The position numbers were made by a program, and so were the translations under genes. Shown piece after piece: positions 1-12,400 of a stretch of DNA of 64,000 nt (position 1 is its first letter; the number at the start of each line of letters is the position of its first letter). Source of the DNA: Catajapyx aquilonaris (taxonomy: Eukaryota); assembly GCA_000934665.2 (NCBI GenBank), contig KZ538246.1, forward strand, positions 1-64,000, given 5' to 3'. A model generated the notes under the pieces. It was given only the letters and a program-made list of their open reading frames with translations. It searched no databases and was not told where the DNA came from.

Positions 1-1779
1 AAAAAAATTCTGGATCCGCCACTGCTTCATGGGATTTAGTAACTGGTGAAGATAGGAAGCTCCCTACGATGGTCAGTGATGGATTAAATTATCAATTTAG
101 CGCAAAAAGGACATGCTTATAGGGCCACTTGCTAAAATAATGTCAAATAAAAATGAAATGAACGGTTTTTAATAGTATGAAAAATACGGGAAAGGGGGGG
201 GGGGCGACCTGGTTAACTGCCTAGGGGCCCCAGGGGCCCTAAGTCCGGCCCTGGATGCAGTGCACCAGTACTACTTGTATAAGAGCACTAGAATACCTCC
301 AGTACTGCAGGAAACTCATTGCAACATGGCTGTAAACCGCCAATATGACTGACTGCGGTCTGCGGGTATAAACTGCGCACGGCATGCACCTCTTAAATCT
401 GAAAACCATGCTTGGAAGTTGAAACATGCCCGGGATCACCATTTTGAATCTGGCGGGAATTCCGCAGCAGATGGCAGCATCTGTAGCAGCAGGGTGCCCA
501 CAGCTACATCCCGATCCAGGCAGGGTAAATATATGAAGCAGGATAGAAGGAGAAGCAAGCTGGCTGATCCATGAAATGCTAATAACTAGCCATTTATTGA
601 ATAACAAACGGAGTCGTGTTACGTCGTACAGAGTAGGGGGTGTGTGCTACAAGGTGCGAGTCAGGCAGCCAGGGAGCCCGGAGCTGTCCGCAGAACTGCG
701 GCAACAGCCAGTGAGGCAGTGACCACCTGTCATGTTGGTTGGGTTAACTACTGCTGTTGTAGCGTGAAATTGAGACGAACCAGGCTGGCGGAAGGAAATC
801 ACCTGACAGCCTCGCCACATAGGGAGGGACGGGGCATTGCAACCCATCCCGGCTGAGACGGGCGGCGGCGGTACGTGTCATGTTGAAATGCAGTGAAGCG
901 AGCAGACCGTCCACATCCAGCGCATTCGTCGTCGTCGGGGCCATTAGCGGGTGGTGAGCCATCGGTTGTCCGCCCAACTATCAAGCCTGATTCAGAGTGA
1001 GTGGTGGTGATATTAGTGCATGGTTTGTTGTGATGGGCAGGCTGGTGGGAGGAGGCCACTTTCAAGGTCATGCATAAATGCAGCGGAATTCCTGACAATG
1101 TTCTGTGTTTGCTTTCATGCACAAGTAAGCGACGATTATATTGTAAGCTGGAATACTTGGGGGCCTGCCATGGTGAAGACATGTTACTTCGTAGGTCTGG
1201 GCCAGCAGGCTTGGACTGTGCATCTTGGTGCAACTCTGAATGTAGTTATGCATAGGCTAGGTATGTTCAAGGTATGTTGTTTATGTGTACTCCCATGTGA
1301 GACTAAAATGCACATGTGGAGCTTGGTATTGATCATTTGAGGTGATTGGTGGCATAGGTTTGAATTTTCAGTACTGGCAGGTATTAAATCATCAGCACAG
1401 GCAATTTATTGATGGTGATATCTGCCATGGTCATGAAAAAAGCCATAACAGCAATGTGCATAAAGTCGCCTTTGTTATAATACTGAGGATGGAGTGCACT
1501 ACAACAGCAGTAGTCTAATGGAGGCAGACGACTCTCGACTTTCCTGCATGTTGCAGTTACAGCTTTTTCCTGACCATGGCAGGTACGGCGATTTTCCACA
1601 TTGACAGATTTATACACTTAACAATATTCTAAAAAATACAATACAAAAATGTTTTGTAACAATCTGACACAACTTTATTATGTTTCTCATGTGTTACAAA
1701 TCAAGTGGTGGTTTCAGCTTTCATGCTTAACTGAGGGCAACAATTAATTTGCGCAGGCGCCATAAGCTTCAACGTTGGT

Positions 1780-2140
1780 CCTGGAAACCACAGTGTGACT
1801 TGATGTCAGTTAGTTTGTTAGCTTCCGCTAAATGACGGCAATGTCAACAAATGACATGGTCAGGATACGATATGAAGCGGAGAGAAGCCAAGGTCATGGA
1901 AAATGGCGCGAAATTTGAATTTGCTGAAGCAGCAATTGTTTCTGGAGCTGATTAGATATAGGTGCAGATATTAAATATCCAAATACACGTGTAAAACTGC
2001 AAGAGTAGCTCTCTCGTCGCCATTTGAGGCCATTCTAATTTTTCCAGGACAATTTCATCACAATTTTTTGGCGGCGCAGGCACAATATTGCTTGAGGTTT
2101 GAGTCCTACGTCATTGTGTGTATTTTTATTCAAACATGGT
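1780..2140. promoter_or_regulatory. Probable promoter / 5' region of the ninein-like gene
   Basis: Locally CpG-containing stretch with YY1-like motifs AAAATGGCG (1900-1908) and CGCCATTT (2018-2025), upstream of the first coding exon, whose acceptor is at 3521. Confidence 0.4.
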
Positions 2141-2388
2141 AACATGTACAGATATGACCATTACTAGGTTTTTAAGGTCCAGTGATTACCATTTGTACTG
2201 GAATGTAGATGACCCCGAGATCTCAAGGGGAGCCGGTAAACGAAAGGGGATCGTGCCCCCCCCCCNCCCTCCCTGATAATGCCCTGAATCGGCTTTAATG
2301 CTAGTTATTGCACTTATGCTGGTTGTTGTTATGAAAATGGGATCTGCAGGGAGCAGGTTCATTGAGAAAAGGACAAATAGCGGAGAGT

Positions 2389-2558
2389 ACTACCGTCCCA
2401 TGGAGAAACACCCTAACTCCCAAAACTAGTAAGGATGAAGGTCATGTGCAGGCCCTGTACTAATCCCCCCTGACTCAGGAGGGATTAGTGCAGGGCATGG
2501 ATGCGACTTTCGCCCTTACTAGTTTTGGAGTTAGGGTGTTTCTCCTTGGGATGGCAGT
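2389..2558. mobile_element. Fold-back (palindromic) MITE-like element
   Basis: Imperfect 170-bp palindrome (ggagaaacaccctaactcc...ggagttagggtgtttctcc) centred near 2475. Confidence 0.65.
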
Positions 2559-3539
2559 GTGGTTAATGGAAGCAATTCTGCCGACATGTGAGTGATTAAA
2601 ATTTTTCTTCAAGGACCTTGGTCATCAGTGGGGAGGCTCATACTTGGTGCCCCCTTTTTGAGGCAAAATTCACACCGTAAAATGTTTTGGTTACATTAAC
2701 GTGTTTTAAAATTTGTGTTGAATTTTTTTAAATTGTGTTCGTTTTTCAGGGTTAATGCAAACTTATGCACACCAAGTGGATATGGGTTGGTAGATCAGAT
2801 CTTTTATGCATGTGACATCACGACTGAGAACTTTTGTTTAACCTTAAAGTAAGAGGAGTGAAATTTTTGCCTAATATGTATTAAAATACATAAGCATTAA
2901 ATTAAAAGTGCTGGGAAGAAAATCAGGAAAAATAATATTGCAGCACCTGCAAGGTTATTTTTAATTGCAGGCTTTTACTTGAGTGGCTAGGAAAGAACTT
3001 GGACAATGAAAAGTGGTGATATCAATTCAGATACTGAAGGAAGAATATTTTCATAGGTGTAATATAATGCGAGTATAAAAGTTATGTTGTACTTCACGGA
3101 GAGCTGTGGGAGTGGGAAAAGTGCATTGGAGCATCACTGTAAACATCTTGCTAACTGCTGGCCTTGCATCCATTTTACTTTTATGTAACAAAATGTAAAG
3201 TGAGATTTTTCACCACTCTGGACTGGAAAAAAATTCACTGGGCCCCCTCCCTATCCTAATTTTAAAATGGTGTTCACAAAATTCACTAGCCATTCAAGCT
3301 GGAGGTAGTGGCTTTTTTCCCCTAACTTTCTACCTCCCCCATTGGTTTTGTTCCATAAGGTTAAGTGGGAATGAAATAGTCCGTCCTTTTCTGAGCACTT
3401 GCTTCCAAAGGTCCAAGTGCATTATGTTTTGATGCAAAAATAGCTGTTTAAAGGTCATATACATAATAGATGTGCACTAGGGCTAAAACTGTGCCTCATT
3501 ACTAATTGAATTCTCATGCAGGTTGCAGGCAGGTGTGAG

Positions 3540-6500
3540 ATGGAGGAGAAAGCGGAGAGCTATGAGCGCAAACTTCTGGAAGTGTTCCAAAGTTGTGATG
3601 TGGAGTGCTGTGGTGGACTGGATTCATCTCAGCTACTACTCCTGTGCCACAAACTCCAATTGGAAGAACAAGGGGAAGTTCTGGTGGAAAGGTTGCTCAA
3701 GAGTAAGACATCTGGAGATGAGGTAGCATCTGAAGCAAGAATAACTTTCCAAGAGTTCAAGGAAGGTCTAGTGACTCTGCTGGCGCAGGGGACTGCAGTG
3801 GAGGAGCTCAAGAAGGAGGATGCTGCCATTGACCAGTCACCTGGTTAGCAATTTAAAGTCATATTAGTGATGATAACCTATTCCTCTTCCTTGTGCTGCT
3901 GTTGAGATTTCTGATCTCTGCAGCATATGAATTGATATCCTGCTGCCTTAATTTTAATCACATCATTGTTTGTGTCTACTGCAACAAAGTGAACAAGGCA
4001 ATGTATGTTTTTTTTCCAGAGAGGGAAGTCACACCAAAGTTTGTGTTCGGGAAGAAAAAATATGGCAGGCGCTCCAGACCTGAGAGTGCAGAGGACACTC
4101 CCATGAGTTCTGATGCAGATGTGGCTGAATGCACCTCATTTCTGTCTCGGGGTGCTGATGACAGTAATGAAGTAAGTGTTGATGCTTCCTTTCATTCAAC
4201 TGACATTCTCTTATGAGAATACACTCTCAGCAGGTGCCTTTGGAAGATGAAACAGATCAGACAGTGTTACTGCAAAGGTGTAAGAAGCAGCTAAGAACCA
4301 GTTTGGACCAGGACTGTGGGAGCAACAGCAGTAGCAAAAGAAGTCTTTTAGGTATGTGGGATTAACTGGGGATGCAATAATCATTCATGTAAAGCCAACT
4401 TTCATTAATTGCAAGACTCTATAAGTAACCATGCACAAGAAATAGACAAGGCCTGTTGCATAGAAAAAGTAACAAATTAATGCAAGCAAAGTAATAAAAC
4501 CAGGGATGTGATCCGATACGATATGATCAGTTGAGTTTCGTACCGGCACGAAACCAAAAGTAGACCCGAGTTTAGTTTCGTGGAGCCGTCACTGAACAAT
4601 CTAGCGCATATGATTCCATTCCGTGATCCGAAAACGAAAGGATGAGATCCGATACGCAATTGTATGTTTTGGTACGAAACTATGGCTGAACCGAAAAGGT
4701 ACGAAATGAAATGGATCGCAGCACAAAAAGGCACTTCATGGCACGAAACTGATTGGTGGCGGCACAGAAAGGTACCAAGGTCCAGGGACGAAATATGAAG
4801 TTGAGTTCCATACCGGCACGTAAGAAAATGTCAATCCGAGTTTCATTACGTGTCATGCTGGCAGTCGGGCTCTCCGCTGTGCCTTGCAGTTTTCGTTGAA
4901 TGTGGCTCATACATTTATCATCTGTACAATGAGGCCGATCATTTGCGCATAAAGCATGTCAGAGCTGAAATTACAATTACCTTACGATATGACGTATTAT
5001 TCGCTACTTGTGGGGAGCCTCTATTTTCCTTTACTGTTACATTTTATTGTGTTGCCTGGTTGTCCTCAGCGAATTCTTGGAGGTTGGAAGGGGGCAGCCT
5101 GTAGGTGGAGCTTAGAAATATACGGTCATGATTCGGTAGCCCCGAAATATATTAAAAGCACAGCCGAACTAATACTCTAACAGTAGCAGTCATATTTACG
5201 GTAGGGGCGCAAACTCTACCTAGCAAAAAATAACATTAGGTTGTGTCGGGAACACAAGCCGCAGCTTTTGACGTGAATACGTCTTTAAAATCGGATCAGT
5301 ATTGGGGGAGTGAATTGATTGCTTATTATCAGTATTGAAGTCTGGACACATGCATGTGACCCTAAAGTCTGGACACTCATGGTGACCCTCCTAAGAATTT
5401 CCCTGCATGCAGTAGACTGTAACGCGTTTCTGTAACGCTCGAGTGTGCCTCCATGCCCCCTATGCGGATCCAAATTTAGCCACTCCGGATATAGTAGACT
5501 TGGTTATAGTAGACTCGGATATAGTAGACTCGGATATAGTAGACTAACGCTTTTCTGTAACGCTCGAGTTTGCCTCCATGCCCCCTATGCGGATCCGAAT
5601 TTAGCCACTCCGGATATAGTAGACTCGGTTATAATATACTTGGTTATAGTAGACTGTAACCAAAGCCTACATAACTAATAGCCTGAACTCTCCCTATGCC
5701 ACCGATTGTTTCCTGCTCTGCTCGCGCCCCTGGCAACCGGTGTGCAAAGCAACCCGATACGATACTGCTTCTGATGGGATACTTTACACGATACGATACT
5801 GACACGATACGATATTGCCACTATCAATAAGCAATAACCTACATAATTATTAATATTCTTGATGCTGCATCTGATGAATGGTACCTGTGTTAACTGTTGG
5901 TGAACAGGCTACTGGGGGGAGAAGACAGGAGTACACGTTACATGGAAATAATTAAGTGCAAATTTATTATATGAGCATAGCTGGTTTATTACTGATCTTG
6001 TCATTTTTACAAAGCAGTCTGTTCTTGTACAATGAAATATATGATACCCTCACCTTCACAAAGTATGCCATCATAGTATCTTCAGGATAATTGGGGCTTT
6101 TGACTTTGTTCAACAAAATTCTATGAATCCTTTTCAAGCCGCCTCGCCTGTTCTGTGCAAGTACTTGCGGCTGTACCATCATTCGAATTCGAACGTCTGG
6201 GAGACGGAACGGCAGCTACGTCATCTCAGTGACGTCACCGGAAGTCCCTTTCATTTACTCGCAAGTCCTAATAATAATAATAACAATAATAATAAATATG
6301 ACTTTAATAATTCTTTTTATCACTATATTGTAATATTATGATGTAGGCTTTGATTATTATGTTGTTTTATTGTGTAGGCAATTGGCAGAACATCCGCTGC
6401 GCCATGGCGCCATCTCAGTGATGCGGCCGGTGTGCAAAGTAAAAGTAGGCAATAGAATAACGTGGAGAGTTCAGGCTATTTATTATGTAGGCTTTGACTG

Positions 6501-9443
6501 TAACGCTCGAGTTTGCCTCCATGCCCCCTATGTGGATCCAAATTTAGCCACTCCGGATATAGTAGACTAGGATATAGTAGACTGATGTAACGCTTTTCTG
6601 TGACGCTCGAGTTTGCCTCCATGCCCCCCTATGCGGATCCATTAGCCCTGCCATGGGGCCCCTGGCGGGGGCCGCTGGCAGGGCCCTGACTGTAACGCAA
6701 CGCTTTTCTGTAAAGCTCGAGTTTGCCTGCATGCCCCCCCCCCCCCCCCCCCCCCCCAACCACCNNNNNNNNNNNNNNNNNNNCCCCCCAATACGGACCC
6801 GATTTTAAAGACGTATTCACGTCAAAAAGGTGTGGGACAGGGGCGATGGAGGGTATGATACATAATATGCACAGCACTGCTCTGTGCTCTCCAGTCACCT
6901 CAGTCCCCCTTGGCTTAATAGATCCGTGACGTCATTATGAGCAGCGGCAACACTGTGCAGTATAGGTTTTAGTAGTGGCCGGAGTGTCTTGCTTGCGATT
7001 GCACGTGCTGAAGTATAACTTACCATCGGAATGTCCACTTTTGCTACAACGTCGAATATATGCCAGTAAATAAATTATTACTTTCGGATCGTGAAAGGGA
7101 ATAATATGAAAGTGCCAGATAGCCTAGTGTCGTCCTGGTATGAAAATGAAACTCAGGATTACATTTCATTGCGTGTCGGTACGGAACGAAACCTAATATT
7201 TCATGTCTGTGAATTGGTGCCTTTAAGGACCTTTCTGTTCCGCGATCCTTTGAGTTTCGTGCCTTAAAGTACCGCGATCCATTTGGTTTCGTACCTTTCA
7301 GTGCCTTATCGTGCCGCGATCCATTTCATTTCGTTCCTTCTCGGTTCAGCCAGCCATACTTTCGTACCTATACGTTTCGTGCTGGTTGCATTTCGGATCA
7401 CGAAACACTGTGGTGATACAGAACTGTCGAAGAATCGTACCAAACCATACAATTTCATTTCGGATCACATCCCTGAATAAAACTCAGGTCGATCAGGGTG
7501 TAATGTACCATGGGCTTTCATGAGAATCCACAACAATAGCTGTTCACTTGAAAAGTTCTGTTGTGTAAAAAAATTTCAAGCTCTTAATGGACTTGACATG
7601 TGACACTTCTGCTTGAAGTAGTATTCACAGTTAGGGTATTATTTATAGCTGAAAAACTGAAAATTTTAAGAAGCAGTGTGACTGATTTTTCAGGAACAAG
7701 TTCTCAAGGCAGCAACTCAACTGCAAGCAGCAGTCCCCCAAGCCTGGGTGAAAATGAAGAGGAATATCTCTTAGGAATATGGAACAAGCTGGGAGTTGGA
7801 AAGGATGGCTTTCTTGACCAATCAGAACTTGCGTGTGTGTGCGAGTGCATTGGGATGGGTAAAGTAGCAGAGGAGGTGAGCCAGGGAATATAATATTACT
7901 GTGCATTCTGCTGCATGCCAGGAGGCAGGTATACTTTTGGGGAGCTGGCCAGCCAATGTAAAGTGGGGTTAATTTTGTGATTTTCTTCCTCTCTTCAAAA
8001 TTGTCACAAATAAATAACTGATGGGCCTCTGGGAATGGGTGTATTGATTCACAGGCAACAACATTTTGCAATTTTTTGCAGTGCTTGTAACTAATCAATA
8101 TGGGTGATTTTGTGTGTATGGTGCAGACAGATTTCGGGAACTATGCAAAACACCAAATAATGGCATCTGCTTCTTTCAATCAGACTGGCACATAAACAAT
8201 TTTGGGAGTTTGTTCTGTATTATTGCTCATAAGTCAGATTTTTAAAATTCGCCTAATTGATGTCCTAACCAAGTAGATATTAATTTTTGTATTTGTGCAA
8301 ATTGATCAATCAATGCGCTGCTAAGATTTTACGAGATTAGTAGCTGGCAGGAACTAATCTCTTGGCTTCTGAATACATTGTGATTGGTTACAGTAGGTGT
8401 TTTGGAACCAAATCTTGCCTGCTGGTATAGGGAGATAAACAATAGTTTGGTTGTAGCCAAGTTGTACATTGTTTAGTTCAAAGGATGGGAAACGAGTGAA
8501 AACTGCAATGCCAACATAAGGCTCATGCCACCATGTTGACAGCTTAGAGCCTAAGACCTTACAGAATGTGTTCACAGGGAGGGCATATTTTCCTTCATTT
8601 TCGGACTTTTTAAAAAACTTTCACTTTCCTCTACCTCTTCCTCCCTCTCGCCCTCTTTTTGCTGGTGAAATGTGGACAAACGCTGTGCTGTAGTATTGTA
8701 CTCCATCTTATACCAGCATTCCTGTATGGCTACCAGCTGTGCAGTTTCAAAAATCTGGTCACTCAGCCTTTTAGAGGCATGGTGCAGAATATGCAGTAAT
8801 ACAGTAATTTTCATAATGATATAATGCATACATTCATAATGATGGTTGTATTTTGATGTCTCTTCTCCATCCAGGTGATCCACCAGCTGTTTGAACAGCT
8901 TGATATTGACAAAGATGGACGAATTAGTTTTGAAGAATTTCTCCACTTATTCCGAAGTGCTCCACATCATGGGATATCAATGGCAGAGAATTTAGATACA
9001 TCAGGTGCTGCTTCATCGGTATGTGCACTTAGCTTAACATTTTTTACATTTAAGGAGTCAAAAGGGAGGCGAAGTGGTGCTGCGGTAACGTATGCGCCCA
9101 CGGATGTTAAGGTCCCGGAATCAAATCCCGCCCGGGGATACCCCCTTCATCTCGTGCAGAGTTCAGGGTCACCTCTGGCTTCGTCTCTGGTGGTATTTCC
9201 AATAGACTAAACCACCCGGGGGAGTTCACTAAAAATGGCCACACAAGGACATTGCACCGCACCTTGCACATCTCCTCCTGTCATCCTGCCCATGGGCCCG
9301 GGCATTTCAAGCAATAGGCGCAGAAATGTACCTTCATCAAATAAGGTCCGTGCGATATGCCCCCAGGTGGGGGGCGAAAGCACATTACCCCAGCATTATT
9401 ATTATTATTATTATTATTATTATCATTATTATTATTATTATTA

Positions 9444-9487
<44 letters not shown>

Positions 9488-12400
9488 TAAGGAGTCAAAG
9501 AGAGTTACATATAATTTTACTTTTCCAGGACACGTGTGTGTTTTCTCGTCGACTGAATACACATGCAGATCATCAGTCTTTCAGCTCTGTGCCAGGACCT
9601 GAGTGTGGCATGTTTTCCATGCTGGATCCAGACAACACAGGGTGAGTACATTTTTGTTAGCTGAGAGTGACAAGACTAGTTTTTATTTGGAACTGATAGT
9701 ATTTGTATGAGCACATTTATTTAAGTAGTGAAAGTGATATTTTTTCTTATTCCTGTATTCAGTATTGCACAGGAAATTGACAAACATGTGAAAGACCATG
9801 TGATTTTTCATGTATCCATAAGAAGTGGTAGATATGGATTTCTCAGCTGTGGAGGAGGAGAAAAACAAATGGCGCAGGTTGTCACTGTCCACAAGTCCAC
9901 TATGGAGACCAAAACCAGTGCTGGAATGCATCCTTTGCATCTAGGGCTGATCTACAAGGCTGTGGCAGTGTGGGTCACAGCTGACTAAAATTCTCATACT
10001 CTGGCTTAAAAGTTGACATATTTCAACAGCCACAATATGATTATTATTATTGTCTTGGAAAAAAAATCTTCCCCCTCCTCAAAAATTGCTCAAAGGACTT
10101 GTTCTGACAGGATCGACTTTGTCACTACAGGAAATAATTTTTAGAGGAAATTGTTGCTAATTGCATTGGAAGAAGTGAAAGCTTTTCCCATCTGTTTTCT
10201 GAGTTGTAAAAAGCAGTGTGTGAAACTGCTGCATTTGCAATTGTTTCAACTTTGAAATGCTCCCAGGAGGACATTTGAAGGAGCAGGAATTTTTATTCCA
10301 GTATTTACAGCAATGGTAGGTTATGTCCCAATTTTTTCCAGTCCCATGTTGTACGGTAAAAGTGTCACTTAATTAAATTGGTGTTTCTGAGTCATGTTGG
10401 CCCAGCTCCCGGACACTATGTCAGCTTGTGGTAGCTCAGTGGTTAGAGCACCCAATTCGCAATTGGTAATGCAACACTGTCAGAAAGCTCCCGGACACTC
10501 GTATACCTTATACATTGCTCCCCCTGTGAGCTTAGCTCTGCTCCCCCACCGAGGGGGTTTGCCACGGGTGGCGCTGGGATCAGGAGCCAAGATAGGTGCG
10601 CCGTCACTAGCAGGAAATTCTGAAGCACTTCGCTGAACTCCAATTGGCTGGGGTAGTATAGGAGGCCTTAACTACTCCAGCCTATCGAAGTTGACCCATA
10701 TGGTTCACAATTGAATCACTTTTTATAAGAAGGGAACAAGTCCAACTTAAAGTTATTGGACTTGTTCCCTTCTTATAAAAAGTGATTCAATTTCCCGCTA
10801 GTGGCGACGCACCTATCTTGGCTTCTGATCCCATCACCACCCATGGCAAACGCCCTCGGTGGGAGAGCAGAGCGAAGCTCACACAAAATGGCGGGGAGTG
10901 TCCGGGGGTTGTGTTGGCCTATTGTAATACCCCACTTGAAGGGTTGCTACATAGTGCAACCAGCATTGTGCAATCATTGATCTCATTTAATGGCAGTTTT
11001 ATTCAATAATACGAGTGACTAAAATTTAAGCATTGCTGTAAAAATTGAAATAAAAATTTCTCTACCTCCCAATTTCTGCCTGGGGTCATATTCAAGTTGA
11101 AAAAACTGCTTACATTAATTTCAAACCCTGATTTTCACAACTAAGAAAACAGATAGGTAAAACTTAGTTTCATTTTTGCTTCTGATATAACATTTACTAG
11201 TAGTGGACCAATTGCCAAATTTTGGCAACACTGCCTGGCCCACCCACCCCCTTGGACTTAGTACGATAGGCCACTACCAGTTAGCACATAGCACACTCTC
11301 TGCTACTCTGCACACTACTTCCGCTCTCAGGGGGGGGCTGACTTCCAGCGACTGACTCTCTTTGCAGGTGGGAAAAAATTCACGAATACTCATGAAGGTG
11401 CTACCAACCAGGGTAACCTCCATGAGTGCCATCTCCCCCTAGACAGGGTATTGTCTCTCCGCCATATTGGATCTACTTCACATTGGATCTGCATGCAGTG
11501 AAAAAATGTCCTTGGAAAAAAAAAAAACAAGCTTGCCAATTTCCTATCCTGCAGCATGCAATCTAGATCCAATATGGCCACCCCAAGGACTACGGGGAGA
11601 CAATACCCTGGCTAGGGTGAGGGAGGCACCCATGTAGGGGACCCTGCTCCCTACCAGAGGACACCTTCCGTGCTTCATTTGTTTCCGCGGAAAACATTCA
11701 GGCAGAGAATTTGTTGCATTTTTCACTGGTGGTTATCATTTTTTTTCACCCAAACCCTTCAAATGGAAGCACTGCCTCATATACGAGTACATTAGGATGC
11801 ATGGATGTAGGAATGCATTGTTCACTTTATCCTAGCAAATAATGTAAGGAATCTGTAGGACTGATATTTTGTTCCGGGAACTCAGATTTGTGATAATGTA
11901 GGCCTACTGTATAATAGATTCATAATCGTGTGATAGAGAAAAGTGAAATCTACATGATCGTGGGTTCAGTAGCATTGGAGAGACCACTAAAGTGTATGTT
12001 ACAAAACTATAGGAGAGTATCAAGATGATTGAGAGGTCCAGCGTTATTATGTAGCTATTGTAAAATAGGGAAAGAATGAAAATCAATTGAGAGATGGATT
12101 GATATGTGACTGCATTTTTTTTGTTCGTGGAGGTGACATTTTCATAACAAGTAGATAATAATAACAATGGCATTTATTGTGGATAAGGTTCACTGTCAAA
12201 TATCCCAAGGGCATGGTGGTGTTGTGGATAGTGCCACATCTTGCCACCTCTGAGGTCCTGCACTCAATCCTTGGATCAGACCAAAGAATTTCTCATATGG
12301 AAAGAGTATTGATGGGTTCTCTCTGTGTTCATGTGGGTTTACTCAGGCTTCTCCTGTTTCCTCCCCCAATCCAAATCCATCATCGAGTATGATTGAGTAA

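Larger units (their letters stand above)
4501..7475. mobile_element. Non-autonomous hAT-type DNA transposon (~3 kb) with nested insertions
   Basis: 16-bp perfect TIR CAGGGATGTGATCCGA, 8-bp TSD AATAAAAC (4493-4500 and 7476-7483), inverted subterminal homology rich in CGATA/CGAAA motifs, and no transposase ORF. Confidence 0.85.

Noticed and set aside
5415..6735. Repeat-spacer-like array resembling CRISPR
   Set aside because: The context is eukaryotic, there are no unique equal-length spacers and no cas genes, and the repeats lie inside a TIR/TSD-bounded transposon.
9235..9645. Poly-Tyr, poly-Leu and poly-Asn ORFs
   Set aside because: These are translations of the SINE (ATT)n tail; only 9529-9641 is a real exon.
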